Shown: one piece after another, positions 49,917 to 64,000 of the stretch
Layout of the letters: every line of letters begins with the position of its first letter
How positions within the stretch are numbered: the first letter of the stretch is position 1
NCBI GenBank assembly: GCA_963793205.1
Contig: CAWBZM010000008.1
Span: 59,709 to 123,708 of the forward strand
Source: an uncultured Gemmatimonadales bacterium
Lineage (GTDB): Bacteria; Gemmatimonadota; Gemmatimonadetes; Gemmatimonadales; GWC2-71-9
Length of the DNA: 64,000 nt
Direction of reading: 5' to 3'
Translations under genes and position numbers: made by a program
The notes under the pieces: model-generated
Seen by the model: the letters and a program-made list of their open reading frames with translations, nothing else
Databases searched by the model: none
What the model was told of the DNA's origin: nothing

Positions 49917-50390
49917 ATGACCCAGATCCTGCTGGTCTGTACCGGCAACACCTGTCGCAGCCCCATGGGTGAGGCCCTGTTGCGCCGGAAGCTCAGCGAG
50001 CGCGGGCTGGACGGCATCACGGTCGGCTCCGCCGGCACCGGCGCGTGGGATGGGGCGCCCGCCAGCGAAGGGGCCTATCTCGTGGCGCTGGAGAACGGGC
50101 TCGATCTCTCTGCGCACCGCGCCCGCCTCCTGACTCGCGACCTCGCGTCCAGTGCCGACCTGATCCTCACCATGGCCCGCCATCACCGGGCCCGGGTGGA
50201 ACAACTCGGTCCGACCGGTGAGACCCACCTGCTGGGCGAGTACGCCGGCCACAGCGGGACCGAGGCGGAAGTGCGTGACCCCTTCGGCGGGGATATCGAG
50301 GGGTACCGCGACACCTTCACGGAACTCGATTCCCTCCTGGAGCAGGTCCTGACCCGGGTGGAACGGGAGCGCCTCGGTGATCGGCGGTAG
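49917..50390 (+). CDS. Low-molecular-weight protein phosphatase (YwlE-like, probable arginine phosphatase)
   Basis: VCTGNTCRSPM, SAG, DLILTM, DPFGG. Confidence 0.9.
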   Translation: MTQILLVCTGNTCRSPMGEALLRRKLSERGLDGITVGSAGTGAWDGAPASEGAYLVALENGLDLSAHRARLLTRDLASSADLILTMARHHRARVEQLGPTGETHLLGEYAGHSGTEAEVRDPFGGDIEGYRDTFTELDSLLEQVLTRVERERLGDRR

Positions 50391-51180
50391 CACCCGGGTC
50401 TTCGCCATTCTCGGCGACCCGATCCGGCATTCCCTCTCGCCCGCCATGCACAACGCCGCCTTCCGGGTCCTCGGACTCGATGCGGTGTATGTCGCCCTCC
50501 GCACCTCCTCGGCCGACGTGCCCGACCTGCTTCGCGCCCTGGCCCACGCGGGCGGCGGCGGCAACATCACGGTACCGCACAAGGAAGCGGCAGCCCGCGC
50601 GCTGACCCTCCCATCGATCCGGGTGAAGACCCTGGGGGCCTGCAACACCTTCTGGGGCAGCGACGGAGAGATCCACGGCGAGAACACCGATGTGGACGGC
50701 GTGCTCGCTGGGCTCCGCCAGCTTGATGTCTCCGGTGGCGCCTGGCTGGTCGCCGGAACCGGGGGGGGCGCCCGGGCGGTCGTTGCCGCCGCCCGGCAGG
50801 TCGGGGCGAAGATGGCGGTGCGCTCCCGCGATGCCGAACGGCAGCGCCGCTTCGCCGCCTGGGCCGCAGAGCAGGGGGTGGCCGCAGTGGCTCCAGACAC
50901 CTGCGATGTGATGATCAACAGCACACCACTGGGGCTCAACCCGGGCGATCACCTGCCGTTGGCCCGGGATGACGCTCCCCGAGCCCGGGTCGCCTTCGAC
51001 ATGGTGTATGGCCGTACCGAGACCGCCTGGATCCGGCAGATGCGCCAGGAGGGCCTGGTCGGCTCCGATGGCCGCACCATGCTGGTCGCCCAGGGTGCGG
51101 CGGCCTTTCGGCGCTGGTTTCCAGAGGAGGAGCCGCCGGTGGAGGTCATGCAGGCGGCGGTGAACGATGCCCTTCGCTGA
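50377..51180 (+). CDS. aroE: Shikimate dehydrogenase
   Basis: HSLSP.MHN, NITVPHK, NTD..G, G.GG.ARA, INSTP.G, DG..MLV.Q. Confidence 0.93.
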   Translation: MIGGSTRVFAILGDPIRHSLSPAMHNAAFRVLGLDAVYVALRTSSADVPDLLRALAHAGGGGNITVPHKEAAARALTLPSIRVKTLGACNTFWGSDGEIHGENTDVDGVLAGLRQLDVSGGAWLVAGTGGGARAVVAAARQVGAKMAVRSRDAERQRRFAAWAAEQGVAAVAPDTCDVMINSTPLGLNPGDHLPLARDDAPRARVAFDMVYGRTETAWIRQMRQEGLVGSDGRTMLVAQGAAAFRRWFPEEEPPVEVMQAAVNDALR

Positions 51181-51889
51181 GCTGGCCCCGATGCTGGCGC
51201 GGGCAGAGCAGTGGCTGCTGCCCGGTGCCTGCCTCTTATGTCAGGGGCCGGCGGCGGCCGAGTCCGAGGAGCCGCTTATCTGTGCCTTGTGCTGCGCGCG
51301 ATTGCACCGGCTGCCGGAACCCCAGTGCCCGCGTTGCGGTCAACCGCAGCTCGCGGCGGGAGAGCCGTGTCGTCTCTGTCCCGCCTGGCCAGACGGACTG
51401 GACCTGGTCCGGAGTGCGGTGTGGCTTGAGGCGGGAGCTCGGCGGGCCGTGCACCAGCTCAAGTACGGCGGGTGGTGGCGGGTGGCAGATGCCATGGCCC
51501 GGGTCATGGGAGGCATCCTTCCCACCGGCACTGACCTGATGCTGGTCCCGATACCGCTGGCGGCAGGGCGCGCGAGAAGCCGGGGCTACAACCAGGCGGA
51601 GCGACTCGCCACCGCGCTCGCCGTACGGTATGGCTTCCCGCTGGCGCCGGAACTGCTCCGCCGTGGCCGGGAGACGAGCACCCAGACGCGGCTGGCGCCG
51701 GAAGCTCGGCAGGCGAATATCGCCGGAGCCTTCGTGGCGACACCCTGTGCCGGGGTGCGGGTGGTCCTGGTCGACGACGTCTTCACCACCGGTGCGACCC
51801 TGGTGGAGGCGGCCGCGGTACTATTGGAGGCTGGAGCGGAAGCGGTGGTAGCGGTAACTTTTGCGCGCGCGAAACCGCCACTGGGCTGA
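51167..51889 (+). CDS. ComF family protein (zinc ribbons plus PRTase fold)
   Basis: CxxC pairs, LKY.G, RGYNQA, LVDDVFTTGAT. Confidence 0.92.
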   Translation: MPFAELAPMLARAEQWLLPGACLLCQGPAAAESEEPLICALCCARLHRLPEPQCPRCGQPQLAAGEPCRLCPAWPDGLDLVRSAVWLEAGARRAVHQLKYGGWWRVADAMARVMGGILPTGTDLMLVPIPLAAGRARSRGYNQAERLATALAVRYGFPLAPELLRRGRETSTQTRLAPEARQANIAGAFVATPCAGVRVVLVDDVFTTGATLVEAAAVLLEAGAEAVVAVTFARAKPPLG

Positions 51890-52952
<1,063 letters not shown>

Positions 52953-52954
52953 AG

Positions 52955-54171
52955 CCGGACGCATCGAGACGATCTCTCCGTTCCTCGCCGCCCACGCGCG
53001 CTCGACGGCCGACGGCGCGCGCTGGTGCGGGTGGATTTCAACTGTCCGCTCAAGGATGGGGTCGTGGCACGACAACACCCGGATCCGCGCCTCGCTGCCG
53101 ACCATCCGGTATCTGCGGGAGCAGGGGCGCGCGGGTGGTGCTCCTGTCGCACCTGGGCCGGCCCAAGGGCGGCCCCGATCCGAAGTATTCCCTGCGGCCG
53201 GTGCGCGCACCGAGCTGGAGAAGCTCCTGGGCGCGCCGGTGACCTTCCTCGGCCGATCCGACTCAGCCGGCGACGCCGTGACCGCGACCAAGCGGCTGCC
53301 GCGCGGGCGGCGTGGCGGTGGCGGAGAACACCCGGTTCTATCCCGGGCGAAGAGAAGAACGATCCCGAGCTGGCCGCCGGCTTCGCCGCCCTGGGCGATT
53401 TCTACGTGAACGACGCCTTCGGCTCGGCCCACCGGGCCCATGCGAGCACCGAGGCGGTCGCCCGCCTGCTCAAGCCCGCGGTGTCCGGCTTCCTGATGGA
53501 GCAGGAGCTGCGCTACCTCGGCGCGGCGCTCGACCAGCCCGGAGCGGCCGTTCGTGGCGGTGCTGGGCGGCGCCAAGATCTCCGGCAAGATCGACCTGAT
53601 CGACGCGCTGCTGCCCAAGGTGGATGGGATCCTGATCGGCGGCGCCATGGCCTGCACCTTCTTCCGGGCCATGGGCCTGGAGACCGGGACCTCGCTGGTG
53701 GAGGCGGACCGGGTCGACATCGCGCGCGATCTCATCGCGAAGGCGGGCGCCAAGCTGGTGCTGCCCCAGGGGCGGTGATCGCCCAGAAGCTCGACGGCCG
53801 GCGTCGCCTATCCGGTGCCGCGCGACGACGCGATTCCCGCCGGGCTGGGCCGATGTACGACATCGATCCGGCGACCGAGCAGGACTTCGCCGACCGGATC
53901 GCGCGCGCCGGGCACGGTCGTCTGGAACGGACCGATGGGGGTCTTCGAGACGCCGCCGTTCGATCACGGCACCCTGGCGGTCGCCCACGCGATGGCCCGG
54001 GCGACGGACCAAGGCGCCATCACCGTGGTCGGCGGCGGCGATTCGGCGGCGGCGGTGGCCCAGGCGGGGCTGAGCGACCGGATGACCCACGTGTCCACCG
54101 GTGGCGGCGCCTCGCTCGAGTTCCTCGAGGGCAAGGAACTGCCCGGCGTCGCCGCGCTCGACGAGGCCTGA
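52955..54171 (+). CDS. pgk: Phosphoglycerate kinase (many frameshifts; start approximate)
   Basis: [64 protein letters not shown]. Confidence 0.95.
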
Positions 54172-54174
54172 GCG

Positions 54175-54943
54175 ATGCGTCCCGGCTTGATCTTCGCCGC
54201 CAACTGGAAGATGCACCTCGCCGCCGGCCGAGGCGCGCGCATATCTGCGCGAGCGTTTCTGCGAGCGGACTCCGGCCGGTCGCGGGCGCGACGCTCTGGT
54301 TCTTCCCGCCGGCGGTGTCGCTGGAGCCGGTCGCCGCAGGCGCTGGCCGGCCGGGCGGACATCCGGTCGGCGCGCAGAACGTCCACTGGGAGCCGAAGGG
54401 CGCCTTTACCGGTGAGACCTCGATCCGTGGCCTGGCAGCCGGGGCAGGGGCACGGAGCGCTGGTCGGGCCATTCGGAGCGGCGCCACGTCTTCGGCGAAA
54501 CCGACGCGGAAACGGGCGCAAGAAGCGACCGCGCGCTGCTGGCGGCCGGGCTGGTGCCCCTGCTCTGCGTCGGCGAAAAGCTGGAGGAGCGCGAAGCGGG
54601 CGAGACCGAGCACGGTGGTGCTGCGCCAGCTCCGAGCCGGGCTCGCCGGAACTGCCGCCGGCCGATCTGGCCCGGGTGGTGCATCGCGTACGAGCCGGTC
54701 TGGGCCATCGGCACCGGCCGGAACGCCACGCCGGCCGATGCGGCGCCGGTGCACGCGCGCATCCGGGTGGAGCTCACGGCGCGGGCGCCCCGGGCACCGG
54801 ATGCCCGTCCTCTACGGCGGCAGCGTGAACCCGGCAACGTCGCCGCGCTGCTGGCGGAGCCAGAGATCGACGGCGTGCTGGTGGGGGGAGCCAGCCTCGA
54901 TCCCGCTGGCTGGGCAGGGATGGTCACCGCGGGAGCATCCTAG
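54175..54943 (+). CDS. tpiA: Triosephosphate isomerase (many frameshifts)
   Basis: AANWKM, GAQN....[34 protein letters not shown]. Confidence 0.93.
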
Positions 54944-55009
54944 CGGTCCGTGGCCTTCCCATTCCCCGGATGCGCCGTTAAATTTTCGCGGCTATTCAAC
55001 CGGGCGACC

Positions 55010-55389
55010 ATGTACTACTTCCTCGTAACAGTGATGATCCTCGACGGCCTGCTGCTGGGCACCGTCGTTCTGCTGCAGGCCGGACAGGGTGGCGGGCTCG
55101 CCTCCCTCGGCGGCGGCACCACCGACTGGTCGTCGGCGGTCGTCAGGCCGTCACATCTGCTGACCCGCACGAGCTGGGTGTGCGGCGGGCTCTTCCTGTT
55201 CCTCGCCCTGGTCCTCTCGCTGGTGTCGCCCAATCGAGGCTCGAGCAGCGAAGTGCAGGATCGCATCCGCCAGCGACCGCGCCGCAGTCGGCGCCGGCCC
55301 AGTCTGCCGCTGGAAGCGGTCCCCGAGCCAGCCAGCGCCCGCGACGCCGCCTGCGACCAGCTACGGCCCCGGCCAATCCCGCCAACTGA
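55010..55389 (+). CDS. secG: Preprotein translocase subunit SecG (3' part garbled)
   Basis: TM-VLLQ.G.GGGL....GG...LTR.S-TM; usual position after tpiA. Confidence 0.85.
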
Positions 55390-55426
55390 GACTCATGACC
55401 CACGAATACCGACGCGGGGTGACCGG

Positions 55427-56519
55427 ATGACCGACCGCCCCGCGTTCGTGTTGCTGGAGGACGGGACCTGGTTCGCCGGGACCACCTCGCCGCCCGCTCG
55501 ATCCCGGCCTTCGGCGAAGTGGTCTTCACCACCAACCTGAGCGGCTATCAGGAGACCTTCACCGACCCGAGCTACCTGGGGCAGATCGTCGTGATGACCG
55601 CGCCGATGATCGGCAACTACGGGGTCAACCCCGAGGACATGGAATCGGGCCGCCCGCAGGTCGCCGGCGTCGTGGTCCGCGAACTGGCGCGTCGGCCCTC
55701 CAACTGGCGCGCCACCGGGTCGCTGGATGACTGGCTCGCAGGAGTACGCGGATCCCGGTGCTCGAGGGCGTGGACACCCGCCGCTTGACCCGGCACATCC
55801 GGGAGCGGGGCGCCATGCGCGGGGTGATCGCCGAAGGGCGGGAGCCGACCGCGGCGCTCGATCCGGCGGCTGCTGGCGTCGCCCTCGATGGAGGGGCTGG
55901 ATCTCGCCTCGAGGGCCACCGTCGATGCGCCGTGGAGCCGGAGGGGCACCGGGCCCCACGTCGTTGCCTATCGACTTCGGGATGAAGCGCAACATCGTCA
56001 CGATGCTGGCGGCGTCGGGCTGCCGGGTCACGGTGGTCCCGGCCACCACGACCGCCGCGAAGGTCCTGGAGCTGGAGCCCGATGGGCTATTCCTGTCGAA
56101 CGGTCCGGGCGATCCCGCCGCGGTCGGCTACGCGGTCAAGAATATCCTCGGACATCCGGCGGCCGGCCTGCCGACATTCGGCATCTGCCTGGGTCACCAG
56201 CTGCTCGGGCTCGGCCTTCGGGGGCCGGACGGTGAAGCTGCCGTACGGCCACCGGGGCGGGAACCACCCGGTCAGGGACCTGCCAGACGGGCAAGGTGCT
56301 GATCACCGCCCAGAACCACGGATTCGCGGTGCGAGGGCGACCGGAACCGGGGTTCCCGGGGCCCCGGATCTCGTGGTCACCCACCTCAATCTGAACGACG
56401 GAACGGTCGAAGGACTTCGCCACAAGGACGCTTCCGGTGTTCGCCGTCCAGTACCATCCGGAGGCCTCTCCCGGACCTCACGACGCCTACCCCCATTTCG
56501 CACGAGTTCCTCGGGCTGA
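55427..56519 (+). CDS. carA: Carbamoyl-phosphate synthase small subunit (many frameshifts)
   Basis: [74 protein letters not shown]. Confidence 0.93.
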
Positions 56520-56555
56520 TGCGGCCCCGGAACCGCCTCCGGTGGCCCCAACCCC

Positions 56556-56584
56556 TTGACAGACAACAGTTAAGCCCGTATCTA
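56556..56584 (+). promoter_or_regulatory. Putative sigma70 promoter of the HU gene
   Basis: TTGACA-N17-TATCTA. Confidence 0.6.
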
Positions 56585-56644
56585 TCGAGCCTGTCCGGCG
56601 TCTCTCTCCGCGAGGCGCCTGGCGTGAGACCCTCGGGGGAGAGC

Positions 56645-56982
56645 ATGACCAAGGCCGATCTCGTCGAGCAGGTGACCGACTCGATCGCCCGCACGGCGGG
56701 GCCGATGATCTCGAAGAAGGACTGTGCCCGGGTGGTGGACGCGTTCCTCGATGCGGTCAAGGAGGCGCTCAAGAGACCAGCATAACATCGAGGTGCGCGG
56801 GTTCGGCACCTTCAAGATCCGCCGTCGGAAGACCCGGATGGCGCGGAATCCCCGCACCGGCGAGCCGGTCGAAGTGGCCGCGCGGCCGGTCCCGGTGTTC
56901 AAGCCCAGCAAGGAGTTGCGGGCGCTGGTCGCGGACGAACCGCTTCGTCGATGGCCGGGCGGACAACGATTCAGCCGACTGA
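56645..56982 (+). CDS. hup: HU/IHF family DNA-binding protein (frameshifted; end approximate)
   Basis: MTKADLVEQV.. plus IEVRGFGTFK.R.RK.RMARNPRTGE.V.V..R.VP.FKPSK.L. Confidence 0.9.
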
Positions 56983-57012
56983 GCCCGGCGGTTGGCGCAC
57001 CGCAGCGTTCCC

Positions 57013-57039
57013 GAGGGCGGGTCTTCGGACCCGCTCCTC
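57013..57039 (+). terminator. Stable hairpin (UUCG loop) after hup
   Basis: GAGGGCGGGTC-TTCG-GACCCGCTCCTC. Confidence 0.6.
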
Positions 57040-57079
57040 TGCAGCTTCTCATGCCGCTGTCGTCCGTTATGTTTCGTGC

Positions 57080-57365
57080 ATGAGTCCGACTGCTCGCTCG
57101 CCCACGGTCACGATGACCGTCACGGTGCTGCTCTTCGCCCGCTATGCGGAGTGCGGCTGGTCGGGACCAGGCTGGAGCTGACCCTTGCCGGCGCCAGCCA
57201 CCGTGGCTGATGTGCTTGCTGCAACTGCGCCACTCGGTACCCGCGGGGCGACCGGCTGCCGCCACGGCCACTCTGCGCCGTGAACCTGGCGCATGCCCGG
57301 CCGACCAGCCCCGTGCATCGACGGTGACGAGGTGGCCGCTGCTGCCGCCGCTGGCGGGCGGATGA
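57080..57365 (+). CDS. moaD: MoaD/ThiS sulfur carrier (frameshifted)
   Basis: VTVLLFARYAE..., ATVAD, AVN, GDEVA.LPPLAGG* (C-terminal GG). Confidence 0.85.
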
Positions 57366-57800
57366 CCGATCCGGTCACCGTGTACCTGACCCGCGACGCG
57401 ATCGACGTCCCCGCGCTGGTCCCCTGGTGGAGCGGCTCCCGACGGAGCGGTGATCGCACCTTCCTCGGCGTGGTCCGCGACCACCACGACGGGCGGCCGG
57501 TGGTACGGCTGGAGTACTCCGCCTACGACGCGATGGCGGAGGCCGAGTGCGCGCGGATCGTCGGCGAGGCGGAGGCCCGCTGGCCGGTCCAGGTGGCGCT
57601 GCAGCACCGGATGGGCGCGCTCGGCGATCGGCGATGTCGCGGTCGCGTCGCGGTGGGCGGTGCGCCACCGCGACGAAGCCTTCGACGCGTGCCGCTATGT
57701 CATCGAGGAGGTGAAGCGCCGGGTGCCGATCTGGAAGAGGGAGCACTACGCCGACGGGACGAGATCCGACTGGGTCGGATCCCGACCCGACTGCGCCGGG
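57362..57800 (+). CDS. moaE: Molybdopterin synthase catalytic subunit (frameshifted; end approximate)
   Basis: [46 protein letters not shown]. Confidence 0.9.
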
Positions 57801-57839
57801 GCGCCCGTCCCCGGCCCGCGCATCGGAGACGCCGCCCCG

Positions 57840-58865
57840 GTGCGCGACCGCGTCTCGAGCCGCCCGCTCGGCAGCCTGCGGCTCTCGGTCACCGATCGGT
57901 GCAACATGCGGTGCCGCTACTGCATGCCGGAGGAGGACTACGTCTGGCTGCCGCGCGCGTCGATCCTCACCTTCGAGGAGATCGAGCCGCCTGGTCGGGA
58001 TCTTCGCCTCGCTGGGGGTCGACAAGGTCCGGCTGACCGGCGGCGAGCCGCTGCTGCGGCACGACCTGTCCTCGCTGGTCGGAATGATCGCCGCGCACCC
58101 GGGGTCCGTGACCTGGCCCTGACCACCAACGGCATCCTGCTGGCCGGCGAAGCGAAGCGGTCTGCGGGCGGCCGGACTCGGCCGGGTCACGGTGAGCCTG
58201 GACACCCTGCGGGCGGACCGGATGCTGGAGTTCGCGCGTTCACCCGAGCACGCCGACGTATTCGCGGGCATCGCGGCGGCCCGGGAGGCTGGCTTCACCC
58301 GGCTCAAGATCAAACAGTCGTGATCATCGCGGCTACAACGACGACGAACTGGTCGACCTGCTGGAGTTCGCGGCGCACGCACGCGATCGAGATGCGGTTC
58401 ATCGAGTACATGGACGTGGGTGGCGCGACCGGCTGGTCGGAGGACGCAGGTGGTCTCCCGGCGGAGATCCTCGAGCGACTGACCCGGCGACTACGGCCCG
58501 ATCGAAGCCGCTGCCCGGATGCCGGGGAGCGTCGCGCCGGCGGAGCAGTTCGGCTGCCGGACGGGCAGCAGCTTCGGCATCATCGCCTCGACCACGGCGC
58601 CGTTCTGCCGCGACTGCGACCGCGGCCGGCTCACCGCCGACGGCACCTGGTCCTCTGCCTGTATGCTGACGACGGGCTGGACCTGCGGGCGCCGCTCCGC
58701 GAGGGCGCCTCCGACGCGGAGCTGGCTGCGCTGATCCGCGGGGCTGGCGGCCCGGACCGATCGCGGCGCCGAGGAGCGCCGGCGGCACCCGATCGGGGTG
58801 CGTTGTACCAGATCGCGGCCCTGCGGGCCGACCCGCGCCGGGAGATGCACACCCGCGGTGGCTGA
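57840..58865 (+). CDS. moaA: GTP 3',8-cyclase MoaA (radical SAM; many frameshifts; start approximate)
   Basis: [51 protein letters not shown]...GG*. Confidence 0.92.
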   Translation: MRDRVSSRPLGSLRLSVTDRCNMRCRYCMPEEDYVWLPRASILTFEEIEPPGRDLRLAGGRQGPADRRRAAAAARPVLAGRNDRRAPGVRDLALTTNGILLAGEAKRSAGGRTRPGHGEPGHPAGGPDAGVRAFTRARRRIRGHRGGPGGWLHPAQDQTVVIIAATTTTNWSTCWSSRRTHAIEMRFIEYMDVGGATGWSEDAGGLPAEILERLTRRLRPDRSRCPDAGERRAGGAVRLPDGQQLRHHRLDHGAVLPRLRPRPAHRRRHLVLCLYADDGLDLRAPLREGASDAELAALIRGAGGPDRSRRRGAPAAPDRGALYQIAALRADPRREMHTRGG

Positions 58866-58903
58866 GCCGACCGCGTGCCCCTGATTCCCCGACCCACGGA
58901 CCC

Positions 58904-59625
58904 ATGACGCTGCACATCGCCCTGATCGAACCACGGATCCCGCCCAACACCGGCAACATCGCCCGCCTGTGCGCGGCGACGGACACACCGCTGCACCTGA
59001 TCGAGCCGCTCGGGTTCGCATCGATGCCCGCGAGGTCAAGCGGGCCGGGCTCGACTACTGGGACAAGGTCGATCTCTGGGTCCATCCCAACTGGTTCCGG
59101 TTCCGTGACGCCATCACCCGGGATCGGTGCCTCTACTTCTCGGCCAACGCCGATCGGGATTACACCGAAGCGCCGTTCACCGCGAACAGCGTGCTGGTCT
59201 TCGGCAACGAGACCGACGGGATGCCGGAGCGGATCCTGGAGAAGCATCCCGAACGGTGTTTCCGGATCCCGATGCCGGGGGAGGTGCGCAGCCTGAACCT
59301 GGCGAACGCCGTGAGCGTGGTGCTCTATGAGGGGCTCCGCCAGCTCGGGGTGGGCGATGATCGACTGCCGCGGGTGGAGTTTGACGAACCCGATGAGGAC
59401 CTGGAGGCGTTCGATCCCCCCATGCCGGAGTCATCGGCGCCGCCGCCACGCCACGCAGCGGTGGGCCATCGTCGGCCTGGCGGGCGGCCGCAGGGCGGGC
59501 GCGCGCCAGGTGGGCGGCCCGAAGGTGGACGCCCGCCGGGCGGACGGCCTGAGGGTGGGCGGCCCCCGCGGGGGCGCGGGCGAGGCCGGGGGCGGGGTCC
59601 TGGACGCGGGCCGGCCCGGCCCTGA
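58904..59625 (+). CDS. trmL: tRNA (cytidine/uridine-34 2'-O)-methyltransferase with an acidic plus RGG-rich tail (one frameshift near 59020)
   Basis: [37 protein letters not shown]...RSLNL.N....LYE..RQ. Confidence 0.92.
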
Positions 59626-59740
59626 GCGATGTGCGACTCGGACCGCGGTCTTTGCCGCGTCCCGGGCGCGGGGTAGCTTTACCATCTCCGCACGTGGCAC
59701 CATTTCTGGTGTGGCAGCGGATTCTTCAACCAGATGCTAA

Positions 59741-60667
<927 letters not shown>

Positions 60668-60680
60668 GTTGGAGCAACCG

Positions 60681-61342
60681 GTGACAAAACTGCAGCTGTT
60701 CTGGCGTTCGACGATCGGCAAGAAGATCGTGATGGCGGTGACCGGGCTCATCATGGTCGGTTTCGTCATCGGGCACATGGCGGGGAACCTGCAGGTGTTC
60801 CTTGGGGCCGGAAAGCTGAACGCCTACGGTGCGATGCTCCATGGCCCGCTGCACGAGGTCACGCTGCTGATACGGGTGGTGCTCCTGATCAGCGTGGTCC
60901 TGCATGTCATCGCGGCGATCCAGCTGACCCGGCTCGATCGTGCCGCCCGGCCGGTGGGCTACGCCCGGAAGCATCCCCAGGCCGCGACCCTGGCCTCCCG
61001 CGACACTTCGGTGGGGCGGGTTGTTCCTCGCCATCTTCATCGTGCTGCATCTGCTGCATTTCACCACCGGCGACATCCACCCCGCTTTCATCGAAGGGGA
61101 TGTCTACCACAACCTGATCACCGGGCTGCAGAATGCCGTGGGTGGCGATCGGGTACCTCATCGCCATGGCCGCGCTCGGGTTGCACCTGTACCACGGCGC
61201 CTGGAGCAGTGTACGGTCGCTCGGCGCGGTGCAGCCGAAGCCCCACCCGCTGGTCCGGCCGGTCGCGCTGGCCGTCGCGCTGATTGTGTGGCTGGGCTTC
61301 TCGATTATTCCGCTGGCAGTGCTGGTGGGGTGGTTATCGTGA
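60681..61342 (+). CDS. sdhC: Succinate dehydrogenase cytochrome b subunit (frameshifted)
   Basis: STIGKK.VMA.TG, H..GNL, LHV, HL.HF, HL.HG.WS...SLG. Confidence 0.9.
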
Positions 61343-61385
61343 GCGGTTCCCGAGTGATGCTGACGCCTTTCTCCCTGCGGCTGTC

Positions 61386-63296
<1,911 letters not shown>

Positions 63297-63300
<4 letters not shown>

Positions 63301-64000
63301 AACTGACTCTCCTGGTCTGGCGCCAGCCGTCGGCGACTGCGGCGGGCCACATGGCCCGCTACGAGGCGACCGATGTCAGTCCCGAGATGTCGTTCCTCGA
63401 AATGCTGGACGTGGTGAACGAGGGGCTGATCACCAGGGGCGAGACCCCGATCGCGTTCGATCACGACTGCCGCGAAGGCATCTGCGGGTCGTGTGGCATG
63501 ATGATCAACGGGGTGGCCCACGGACCGATGAAAGGCACGGCCACCTGCCAGCTGCACATGCGGAGCTTCAGCGACGGGGACACCGTCTACATCGAGCCGT
63601 GGCGGGCCCGCGCTTTCCCGATCGTCAAGGATCTGGTGGTTGATCGCGGCGCCTTCGACCGGATCATCCAGGCCGGCGGCTTCGTGTCGGTGAGCACCGG
63701 CAGTGCCCCGGACGGCAACGCGATTCCGATCCCAAAGACCGACGCGGACAGCGCCATGGACGCCGCCCAGTGCATCGGGTGCGGCGCCTGTGTCGCGGCC
63801 TGCCCCAACGCCTCCGCCATGCTGTTCACGTCGGCCAAAGTGGGCCATCTGGGGTCGCTGCCCCAGGGCCAGCCGGAACGCCGCCGCCGGGCACTGGGCA
63901 TGGTGGAGCAGATGGACCTCGAAGGGTTCGGTGGTTGCACCTGGCATGGTGAATGTATGGAGGCGTGCCCCAAGGGGATCAGCATCGACTGGATCGCCCG
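63297..64000 (+). CDS. sdhB: Succinate dehydrogenase iron-sulfur subunit (3'-truncated by the window; absent from the ORF track)
   Basis: GTG start overlaps the sdhA stop; my translation gives [10 protein letters not shown].., [28 protein letters not shown]...EC...CPKGI. Confidence 0.93.

Noticed and set aside
56983-57079. Moco riboswitch upstream of moaD
   Set aside because: Only a single UUCG hairpin is evident; I could not identify the multi-stem Moco RNA motif. An Infernal/Rfam scan would settle it.
57450-58865. MoaE-MoaA fusion suggested by the ORF track
   Set aside because: The junction is in heavily garbled sequence and the ORF switches between real and shadow frames; it cannot be supported.

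Overview
GC-rich bacterial chromosome segment, most likely Gemmatimonadota (inferred from gene order and protein style, not tested). Most of it is housekeeping: rne/rng-rplU-rpmA; yicC-gmk-rpoZ-coaBC-udg-dnaB-radA-ispD-ptp-aroE-comF; gap-pgk-tpiA-secG-carA-hup-moaDEA-trmL-mdh-sdhCAB. Accessory and envelope blocks lie between these: a secreted M16/amidohydrolase operon, ECF sigma-ZAS-Spy, nfeD-floA-yqfB, tRNA-Leu(CAA), an ABC-permease/M1-peptidase fusion, ArsP-like permease plus thioredoxin, PadR-ADOP, TauE, S41 protease and sulfite oxidase. Many conserved genes (about 3.2-7.2 kb and 48-63 kb) are broken by indels that are best explained as consensus errors, so their coordinates are approximate. 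No CRISPR array, integrase or transposase was found. Most notable observations: (i) a family of strand-asymmetric 7/8/13-bp tandem arrays at gene 3' ends, including a 315-bp inverted 13-mer array in register with both flanking stop codons, plus a related element inside the UDG coding sequence; (ii) an operon of four exported hydrolase-fold proteins, three of which lack their catalytic motifs; (iii) a citrate-synthase homologue with an altered substrate pocket; (iv) several ECF-type promoter motifs.
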